A DNA stretch of 64,000 bases from Squalus acanthias (taxonomy: Eukaryota). The notes beneath the pieces are model-generated. The model was not told where the DNA came from and did not search any database. It was given only the letters and a program-made list of their open reading frames with translations. Both the position numbers and the translations under genes were made by a program. Positions 1 through 9,915 of this stretch are shown one piece after another (the first letter of the stretch is position 1; every line of letters starts with the position of its first letter). The stretch spans positions 248,001 through 312,000 of the forward strand of contig JASTWF010000337.1 in assembly GCA_030390025.1 (NCBI GenBank), written 5' to 3'.

Positions 1-2069
1 CTGGCAGCACTCAATGATACTGTGCTCTCAATCTGCACTCACTCTTACTGTGCTGTCTTTCAGCACTCCCTGTTACTGTGCTCTCTATCAGCACTCCCTT
101 TTACTGTGCTGTCTGTCAGCACTCACTGTTACAGCGTTCTCTATCAGCACTCTCCAAATTACTACGATCTCTATCAGCACTCCCTTTTATTGTGCTCTCT
201 AGCAGCACTCAATGTTACTGTGCTCTCAGTCTGCACTCCCTTTTACTGTACTTTCTATCAGCACTCACTTTTACTGCGGTCTCTATCAGCGCTCCCTTTT
301 ACTGCGATCTCTTTCAGCACTCACTGTTACTGCGCTCTCTAGCAGCACTCCCTGTTACTGTGCTCTCTATCAGCAGTTCCTCTTACTGTGCTCTCTATCA
401 GCACTCCCTTTTACTGTGCTCTCTCTCAGCACTCACTTTTACTGTGATCTCTATCAGCACTCCCTTGTACTTCGATCTCTATCAGCACAACCTGTTACTG
501 TGCTCTCTAGCAGCACTCACTGTTACTGCGCTCTCGATCAGCACTCCTCCCTGTTACTGAGCTCTCAATCTGCACTCACTCTTACTGTGCTGTCTGTCAG
601 CACTCCCTGTTACTGTGCTCTCTATCAGCACTCACTGTCACTGTGCTCTCTTTCAGCACTCCCATTTACTGCGATCTCTATCAGCACTCCCTCTTAATGT
701 GCTCTCTATCAGTGCCCTTTTACTGCGCTCTCTATCAGCACTCCCTGATACTGTGCTCTCTTTCAGCACTCACTGTTCCTGCGCTCTCTATCAGCACTCC
801 CTGTTACTGTGCTCTCTATATCAGCACTCACTTTTACTGTGCTCTCTATCATCACTCCATATTACTGTGCTCTCTATCAGCGCACCCTTTTACTGTGCTC
901 TGTATCAGCACTCACTTTTACTGCGAATTCTATCAAACTCCCTTTTACTGCGCTCTCTGTCAGCGCTCCCTTTTACCGTTCTCTCTATCTGCACTCACTG
1001 TTACTGCGCTCTCTATCAGCACTCCATATTACTGTGCTCTCTATCAGCACTCCCTTTTACTGCGCTCTCTACCAGCAGTCCCTTTTACTGTGCTCTCTAT
1101 CATCACTCCCTTTTACTGTGCTCTGTTTCAGCACTCACTTGTACTGCGAATTCTATTACCACTCACTTTCAATGCTATCTGTATCAGCACTCGCTTTTAC
1201 TTTGCTCTCTATCATCACTCCCTTGTACTGTGCTCTCTATCAGCACTCACTGTTACTGCGCTCTCTGTCAGCACTCCATATTACTGTGCTCTCTATCAGC
1301 ACTCCATATTACTGCGAATTCTATCAGCACTCACTTTCAATGCTATCTGTATCAGCACTCACTTTTACTGTGATCTCTATCATCACTCCCTTTTACTCTG
1401 CTCTCTTTCAGCACTCCCATTTACTGTGCTCTCTATCAGCACTCACTTTCACTGCGAATTCTATCAAACTTCTTTTACTGCGATCTCTATCAGCGCTCCC
1501 TTTTACTGCGATCTCTTTCAGCACTCCCTCTTAATGTGCTCTCTATCAGCTTCCCTTTTACTGCGCTCTCTATCAGCACTCCCTGTTACTGTGCTCTCTA
1601 GCAGCACTCCCTGTTACTGTGCTCTCTATCAGCACTCACAGTTACTGTTCTGTCTGTCAGCACTCACTGTTACTGCGCTCTCTATCAGCACTCCCTCTTA
1701 CTATGCTCTCTATCAGCACTTCCTGTTACTGTGCTCTCTATCAGCACTCACTTTTACTGCGAATTCTATCAAACTCCCTTTTACTGCGCTCTCTGTCAGC
1801 GCTCCCTTTTACCGTTCTCTCTATCTGCACTCACTGTTACTGTGCTCTCTATCAGCACTCCATATTACTGTGCTCTCTATCAGCACTCCCTTTTACTGCG
1901 CTCTCTACCAGCAGTCCCTTTTACTGTGCTCTCTATCAGCACTCCCTTTTACTGTGCTCTCTCTCAGCACTCACTTTTACTGTGATCTCTATCAGCACTC
2001 CCTTTTACTGCGCTCTCTATCAGCACTCCCTGTTACTGTTTTCTCTATCATCACTTCCTGTTACTGTGC

Positions 2070-4770
2070 TCTCTATCAGCACTCGCATTTTACTGTGCTC
2101 TCTATCAGCACTCACTGTTACTGCGCTCTCTATCAGCACTCCCTCTTACTATGCTCTCTATCAGCACTTCCTGTTACTGTGCTCTCTATCAGCACTCGCA
2201 TTTTACTGTGCTCTCTATCAGCACTCCCTTTTACTGTGCTCTCTATCAGCACTCCATATTACTGTGCTCTCTATCAGCACTCACTTTTACCGTGCTCTCT
2301 ATCAGCACTCCCTTTTTCTGCGCTCTCTATCAGCACCTACTTTTACTGCGATCTCTATCAGCACTCCCTTTTACTGCGCTCTCTATCAGCACTCCATATT
2401 ACTGTGCTCTCTAGCAGCACACCCTGTTACTGTGCTCCATAGTAGCACTCAATGATACTGCGATCTCTACCAGCACTCCCTGTTACTGTGCTCTCTATCA
2501 GCACTCCCTTTTACTGTGCTCTCTAGCAGCACTCAATGTTACTGTGCTCTCTATCACCAGTCCCTTTTACTGTGCTCTCTATCAGCACTCCATATTGCTG
2601 TGCTCTCTATCAGCACTCCCTGTTACTGTGCTCTCAGTCTGCACTCCCTTTTACTGTACTCTCTATCAGCACTCACTTTTACTGCGATCTGTATCAGCAC
2701 TCGCTTTTACTGTGCTCTCTATCAGCACTCCCTTTTACTGTGCTCTCTATCAGCACTCACTTTTACTGCGATCTCTATCAGCACTCCCTGTTTCTGTGCT
2801 TTCTATCAGCACTCACTGTTACTGTGCTCTAATTTCAGCACTCCCTTTTACTGTGCTCTAATTTCAGCACTCCCTTTTACTGTGCTCTCTTTCAGCACTC
2901 CCATTTACTGTGCTCTCTTTCAGCACTCCCTATTACTGTGCTCTCTATCAGCACTCACTTTTACTGTGAATTCTATCAAACTACTTTTACTGCGATCTCT
3001 ATCAGCGCTCCCTTTTACTGCGATCTCTTTCAGCACTCCCTCTTAATGTGCTCTCTATCAGCTTCCCTTTTACTGCACTCTCTATCAGCACTCCCTGTTA
3101 CTGTGCTCTCTATCAGCACATCCTCTTACTGAGCTCTCTATCAGCACTCGCATTTTACTGTGCTCTCTATCAGCACTCCCTTTTACTGTGCTCTCTCTCA
3201 GCACTCACTTTTACTGTGATCTCTATCTTCACTCCCTTTTACTGTGCTCTGTTTCAGCACTCACTTGTACTGCGAATTCTATTACCACTCACTTTCAATG
3301 CTATCTCTATCAGCACTCACTGTTACTCTGCTGTCTGTCTGCACTCCAATTTACTGTGCTCTCTATCAGCACTCCCTCTTACTATGCTCTCTATCAGCAC
3401 TTCCTGTTACTGTGCTCTCTATCAGCACTCGCATTTTACTGTGCTCTCTATCAGCACTCACTGTTACTGCGCTCTCTATCAGCACTCCCTCTTACTATGC
3501 TCTCTATCAGCACTTCCTGTTACTGTGCTCTCTATCAGCACTCGCATTTTACTGTGCTCTCTATCAGCACTCCCTTTTACTGTGCTCTCTATCAGCACTC
3601 GCATTTTACTGTGCTCTCTATCAGCACTCCCTTTTACTGTGCTCTCTATCAGCACTCCATATTACTGTGCTCTCTATCAGCACTCACTTTTACCGTGCTC
3701 TCTATCAGCACTCCCTTTTTCTGCGCTCTCTATCAGCACCCACTTTTACTGCGATCTCTATCAGCACTCCCTTTTACTGCGCTCTCTATCAGCACTCCAT
3801 ATTACTGTGCTCTCTAGCAGCACACCCTGTTACTGTGCTCTATAGTAGCACTCAATGATACTGCGATCTCTACCAGCACTCCCTGTTACTGTGCTCTCTA
3901 TCAGCACTCCCTTTTACTGTGCTCTCTAGCAGCACTCAATGTTACTGTGCGCTCTATCACCAGTCCCTTTTACTGTGCTCTCTATCAGCACTCCATATTA
4001 CTGTGCTCTCTATCAGCTCTCCCTGTTACTGTGCTCTCAGTCTGCACTCCCTTTTACTGTACTCTCTATCAGCACTCACTTTTACTGCGATCTGTATCAG
4101 CACTCGCTTTTACTATGCTCTCTATCAGCTCTCCCTTTTACTGTGCTCTCTATCAGCACTCACTTTTACTGCGATCTGTATCAGCACTCGCTTTTACTGT
4201 GCTCTCTATCAGCACTCCCTTTTACTGTGCTCTCTATCAGCACTCACTTTTACTGCGATCTCTATCAGCACTCCCTGTTTCTGTGCTTTCTATCAGCACT
4301 CACTGTTACTGTGCTCTAATTTCAGCACTCCCTTTTACTGTGCTCTCTTTCAGCACTCCCATTTACTGTGCTCTCTTTCAGCACTCCCTATTACTGTGCT
4401 CTCTATCAGCACTCACTTTTACTGTGAATTCAATCAAACTACTTTTACTGCGATCTCTATCAGCGCTCCCTTTTACTGCGATCTCTTTCAGTACTCCCTC
4501 TTAATGTGCTCTCTATCAGCACATCCTCTTACTGAGCTCTCTATCAGCACTCGCATTTTACTGTGCTCTCTATCAGCACTCCCTTTTACTGTGCTCTCTC
4601 TCAGCACTCACTTTTACTGTGATCTCTATCATCACTCCCTTTTACTGTGCTCTGTTTCAGCACTCACTTGTACTGCGAATTCTATTACCACTCACTTTCA
4701 ATGCTATCTCTATCAGCACTCACTGTTACTCTGCTGTCTGTCTGCACTCCAATTTACTGTGCTCTCTATC
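2070..4770 (+). repeat. ~1.4-kb higher-order tandem duplication inside the 28-mer array (~2070-3370 and ~3420-4770)
   Basis: The same order of rare variants occurs twice (agcacaccctg...atagtagcactcaatgatactgcgatctctaccag at ~2415-2470 and ~3820-3875). ORF-track pairs 2516/3919, 2536/3939, 2544/3947 and 3244/4647 all have offset 1403. Confidence 0.9.
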
Positions 4771-7059
4771 AGCACTCCCTTGTACTTCGATCTCTATCAG
4801 CACAACCTGTTACTGTGCTCTCTAGCAGCACTCACTGTTACTGCGCTCTCGATCAGCACTCCTCCCTGTTACTGAGCTCTCAATCTGCACTCACTCTTAC
4901 TGTGCTGTCTGTCAGCACTCCCTGTTACTGTGCTCTCTATCAGCACTCACTGTTACTGTGCTCTCTATCAGCACTCCCCGTTACCGTGCTCTCTATCAGC
5001 ACTTCCTGTTACTGTGCTCTCTATCAGCACTCGCATTTTACTGTGCTCTCTATCAGCACTCCCTTTTACTGTGCTCTCTATCAGCACTCCATATTACTGT
5101 GCTCTCTATCAGCACTCCCTCTTAATGTGCTCTCTATCAGCTTCCCTTTTACTGCGCTCTCTATCAGCACTCCCTGTTACTGTGCTCTCTATCAGCACTT
5201 CCTGTTACTGTGCTCTCTATCAGCACTCGCATTTTACTGTGCTCTCTATCATCACTCCATATTACTGTGCTCTCTATCAGCACACCCTTTTACTGTGCTC
5301 TCTATCAGCACTCACTTTTACTGCGAATTCTATCAAACTCCCTTTTACTGAGATCTCTATCAGCACTCCCTGTTACTGTGCTCTCTATCAGCACTCACTG
5401 TTACCGTTCTCTCTATCATTACTCCCTTTTACTGCGCTCTCTATCAGCACTCACTTTTACTGTGACCTCTATCAGCACTCCCTCTTAATGTGATCTCTAT
5501 CAGCTTCCCTTTTACTGCGCTCTCTAGCAGCACTCCCTGTTACTGCACTCTCGATCAGCACTCCTCCCTGTTACTGAGCTCTCATTCTGCACTCCCTGTT
5601 ACTGTGCTCTCTTTCAGCACTCCCTGTTGCTGTGCTCTCTATCAGCACTCCCTCTTACTGTGCTCTCTATCAGCACTCCCTTTTACTGTGCTCTCTATCA
5701 GCTCTCTCCAAATTACTGCGATTTATATCAGCACTCCCTTTTACTGCGATCTCTATCAGCATTCCCTTTTACTCTGCTCTCTATCAGCACTCCCTGTTAC
5801 CGTGCTCTCTATTAGCACTAACATTTACTGTGCTCTCTATCAGCACTCCATATTACTGTGCTCTCTATCAGCACTCACTGTTACTGTGCTCTAATTTCAG
5901 CAATCCCTTTTACTGTGCTCTCTAACAGCACTCCCTGTTACTGTGCTCTCCATCAGCACTACCTTTTACTGCGATCTCTATCAGCACTCCCTTTTACTGC
6001 GATCTCTATCAGCACTCCCTCTTAATGTGCTCTCTATCAGCACTCACTGTTACTGTGCTCCACTATCAGCACTCCCTCTTACTGTGCTGTCTTTCAGCAC
6101 TCCCTATTACAGCAGCTCTCTATCAGCACTCCAAATTACTGCGAATCTAATCAGCACTCCCTTTACTGCGATCTCTATCAGCACTCCCTTTTACTGTGAT
6201 CTCTATCAGCGCTCCTGTTACTGCTCTCTCTATCAAGCCACTCCCCTGATACAGTGCTCTCTATCAGCACTGCTGTATTACTGTGCTCTCTATTCAGCAC
6301 TCACATTTACCAGTGCTCTCTATCAGCACTCCATGTTACTGCGCTCTCTATCAGCACTCACTTATTACTGCTCTCTCCATATCAGCACTCCCTTTTATTG
6401 CGCTCTCTACCAGCAGTCCCTTTTACTGATCTCTGTCAGCACTCCGTTACTGTGCTCTCTTTCAGCACTCCCTTTTACTGCGATCTGTATCAGCACTCGC
6501 TTTTACTGTGCTCTCTATCAGCACTCCCTTTTACTGTGCTCTCTATCAGCACTCACTTTTACTATGATCTCTATCAGCACTCACTTTTACTGCGATCTCT
6601 ATCAGCACTCCCTGTAACTGTGCTCTCTATCATTACTCCCTTTTACTCTTCTCTCTATCAGCACTCCCTTTTACTGGGCTCTCTATCAGCTTCCCTGTTA
6701 CTGCGCTCTCTATCAGCACTCCCTGTTACTGTGCTCTCTATCAGCACTCCCTGTTACTGTGCTCTCTATCAGCATTCCCTGTTACTGTGCTCTCTATCAG
6801 CACTCCCTGTTACTGCGCTCTCTATCAGCACTCACTGTTACTGTGCTCTCTATCAGCACTCACTGTTACTGTGCTCTCTATCAGCACTCACTGTTACTGC
6901 GCTCTCTATCAGCACTCCCTGTTACTGCGCTCTCTATCAGCACTCACTGTTACTGTGCTCTCGATCGGCACTCACTTTTACTGTGCTCTCTATCAGCACT
7001 ACCTGCTTCTGTGCTCTCTTTCAGCACTCCCATTTACTGTGCTCTCTTTCAGCACTCCC

Positions 7060-7900
7060 TATTACTGTGCTCTCTATCAGCACTCACTTTTACTGCGAAT
7101 TCTATCAAACTCCCTTTTACTGCGATCTCTATCAGCGCTCCCTTTTACTGTGATCTCTATCAGCGCTCCCTTTTACTGCGCTCTCTATTAGCACTCCCTG
7201 TTACTGGGCTCTCGATCAGCACTCCCTGATACTGTGCTCTCTTTCAGCACTTGCTGTTATTCTGCTCTCTTTCAGCACTCGCTGTTACTGCGCTCTCTAT
7301 CAGCACTCACTGTTACTGCGCTCTCTATCAGCACTCACTGTTACTGCGCTCTCTATCAGCACTCCCTTTTATTGCGCTCTCTACCAGCAGTCCCTTTTAC
7401 TGTGCTCTCTATCAGCACTCGCTGTTACTGTGCTCTCTGTCAGCACTCCATTACTGTGCTCTCTTTCAGCACTCCCTATTACTGTGCTCTCTATCAGCAC
7501 TCACTTTTACTGCGAATTCTATCAAATTCCCTTTTACTGCGATCTCTATCAGCGCTCCCTTTTACTGTGATCTCTATCAGCGCTTCCTTTTACTGCGCTC
7601 TCTATTAGCACTCCCTGTTACTGTGCTCTCGATCAGCACTCCCTGATACTGTGCTCTCTTTCAGCACTTGCTGTTATTCTGCTCTCTTTCAGCAATCGCT
7701 GTTACTGCACTCTCTATCAGCACTCACTGTTACCATTCTCTCTATCAGCACTCACTGTTACTGCGCTCTCTATCAGCACTCCATATTACTGCGCTCTCTA
7801 TCAGCACTCCCTTTTATTGCGCTCTCTACCAGCAGTCCCTTTTACTGTGCTCTCTATCAGCACTCGCTGTTACTGTGCTCTCTGTCAGCACTCCGTTACT
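7060..7900 (+). repeat. ~417-bp tandem duplication (about 15 units) in the 28-mer array
   Basis: The marker ctcgatcagcactccctgatactgtgctctctttcagcacttgctgttattctgc is at ~7211 and ~7628. ORF starts 7234/7651 and 7251/7668 have offset 417. Confidence 0.85.
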
Positions 7901-8359
7901 GTGCTCCCTTTCAGCACTCCCTTTTACTGCGCTCTCTATCAGCACTCGCTTTTACTGTGCTCTCTATCAGCACTCCCTTTTACTGTGCTCTCTATCAGCA
8001 CTCACTTTTACTGTGATCTCTATCAGCACTCACTTTTACTGCGATGTCTATCAGCACTCCCTGTAACTGTGCTCTCTATCATTACTCCCTTTTACTCTTC
8101 TCTCTATCAGCACTCCCTTTTACTGGGCTCTCTATCAGCACTGACTGTTCCTGTGCTGTCTGTCAGCACTCACTGTTACTGTGCTCTCTATCAGCACTCC
8201 CTTTTACTGGGCTCTCTATCAGCTTCCCTTTTCCTGCGCTCTCTATCAGCACTCCCTGTTACTGTGCTCTCTATCAGCACTGACTGTTACTGCACTCACT
8301 ATAAGCACACCTCTTATGATTTCCTGTGACTGACTGACCTCCTGCAATGAACAGTTCCA

Positions 8360-8545
8360 ATGACTCCGCTGCTGAACTCTCCTCCCCTGGCATCAATCCG
8401 TCTGTTCGTCATCCTGCTATTGAGCTACCACTGCTTTGTCAGCAGACATAAGCAGACCCCCATTGCTAATGTCTGTTGTTCCCCATTAGTTCCAACACAC
8501 CTGACAGCACTCCCATCTGTTCTAGAGAAAGCAGTGAGTGCTTGA
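8360..8545 (+). CDS. Possible short ORF or exon of unknown product (61 aa, hydrophobic N-terminal stretch); doubtful
   Basis: This is the only tracked ORF lying wholly in unique sequence, with a true ATG at 8360 and a hydrophobic run (IRLFVILLLSYHCFV). A candidate acceptor CAG is at 8352-8354 and a donor-like GCA|GTGAGT at 8534. I recognise no homology, and an ORF this long can arise by chance. Confidence 0.15.
   Translation: MTPLLNSPPLASIRLFVILLLSYHCFVSRHKQTPIANVCCSPLVPTHLTALPSVLEKAVSA
8440..8478. other. Imperfect inverted repeat (hairpin), 16-bp arms, 7-nt loop
   Basis: CAGCAGACATAAGCAG (8440-8455) and TTGCTAATGTCTGTTG (8463-8478) give 13 Watson-Crick pairs, 2 G-U pairs (as + strand RNA) and 1 A-A mismatch. 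The loop is ACCCCCA. Confidence 0.7.
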
Positions 8546-8859
8546 TCTACATTCCCTACAAGGTGAACAAGCGATGAAAAGCAGCACATAACTGGACAAG
8601 GAGCAGATAATTGGACAAGGAGCAGATAACTGGACAAGGAGCAGATAACTGGACAAGGAACTGATAAATGGACAAAGAACTGATAACTGGACTCGGAACT
8701 GCTCACTGGACAAGGAACTGATAACTGGACAAGGAACTGATAACTGGACAAGGAACTGATAACTGGACAAGGAACTGATAACTGGACAAGGAACTGATAA
8801 CTGGACAAGGAACTGATAACTGGACAAGGAACTGATAACTGGACAAGGAACTGATAACT

Positions 8860-9915
8860 GGACAAGGAACTGATAAATGGACAAAGAACTGATAACTGGA
8901 CTCGGAACTGCTCACTGGACAAGGAACTGATAACTGGACAAGGAACTGATAACTGGACAAAGAACTGATAACTGGACAAGGAACTGCTCACTGGACAAGG
9001 AACTGATAAATGGACAAGGAACTGATAACTGGACAAGGAACTGATAAATGGACAAGTAGCAGATAACTGGAAAAGGAACTGATAACTGGACAAGGCGCAG
9101 ATAACTGGACTAGGAACTGAAAACTGGGTTAGAAATAGATTACTGGACTAGGAACTGATAACTGCAGAAGTAAATGATAACTGGACAAGGAGCAGATAAC
9201 TGGACAAGGAGCAGATAACTGGACAAGGAGCAGATAACTGGACAAGGAACTGATAACTGGACAAGGAGCAGATAACTGGACAAGGATCAGATAACTGGAC
9301 TAGGAACTGATAACTGGACAAGGAGCAGATAACTGGACAAAGAGCAGATAACTGGACAAGGAACCGATAACTGGAAAAGGAGCAGATAACTGCACTCGGA
9401 ACTGCTCACTGGTCAAGGAACTGATAACTGGACAAGGAACTGATAACTGGACAAGGAACTGATAACTGGACAAGGAACTGATAACTGGACAAGGAACTGA
9501 TAACTGGACAAGGAACTGATAACTGGACAAGGAACTGATAACTGGACAAGGAACTGATAAATGGACAAGGAACTGATAACTGGACAAGGAACTGATAAAT
9601 GGACAAAGAACTGATAACTGGACTCGGAACTGCTCACTGGACAAGGAACTGATAACTGGACAAGGAACTGATAACTGGACAAAGAACTGATAACTGGACA
9701 AGGAACTGCTCACTGGACAAGGAACTGATAAATGGACAAGGAACTGATAACTGGACAAGGAACTGATAAATGGACAAGTAGCAGATAACTGGAAAAGGAA
9801 CTGATAACTGGACAAGGCGCAGATAACTGGACTAGGAACTGATAACTGCAGAAGTAAATGATAACTGGACAAGGAGCAGATAACTGGACAAGGAGCAGAT
9901 AACTGGACAAGGAGC
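8860..9915 (+). repeat. ~350-bp segment duplicated at offset 722 bp (38 units) near the start of the 19-mer array
   Basis: The variant string aaatggacaaagaactg...ggactcggaactgctca...caagtagcag...ggcgcag...ctagg...actgcagaagtaaatgata is at ~8875-9180 and ~9597-9863. The second copy lacks the 38 nt containing the aberrant unit at 9123-9141. Confidence 0.85.

Larger units (their letters stand above)
1..8316 (+). repeat. 28-bp degenerate tandem repeat array (minisatellite/satellite), probably continuing left of the window
   Basis: CAGCACT...TTACTG...CTCTCTAT recurs every 28 nt (e.g. unit 61-88, next unit from 89). The variable core after CAGCACT is CCCTTTTA, CCCTGTTA, CACTTTTA, CACTGTTA, CCATATTA or CCCTCTTA, with occasional 26-29 nt units. 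The last degenerate unit (ctataagcacacctctta) ends ~8316. Length/28 gives about 295 units. Confidence 0.97.
8317..8574. other. Unique ~260-bp island separating the two oppositely oriented arrays
   Basis: It is the only stretch of the window with no 28- or 19-bp periodicity and has balanced base composition. It contains inverted repeats at 8440-8478 and 8506-8542. Confidence 0.9.

Noticed and set aside
1..8316. CRISPR array (28-bp repeat length is in the CRISPR range)
   Set aside because: Units are directly adjacent with no unique spacers, the repeats are degenerate, and no cas genes or leader are present.
14..8329. Dozens of overlapping + strand ORFs (up to 599 aa) in the 28-mer array
   Set aside because: They are open in all three frames with the same periodic peptide, mostly use non-ATG starts and show no domain. 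This follows from a stop-free monomer strand.
8317..8574. tRNA, rRNA, MITE or other transposon in the island
   Set aside because: No cloverleaf, no terminal inverted repeats or target-site duplication at the island edges, and nothing I recognise. A Dfam/Rfam search is still needed.
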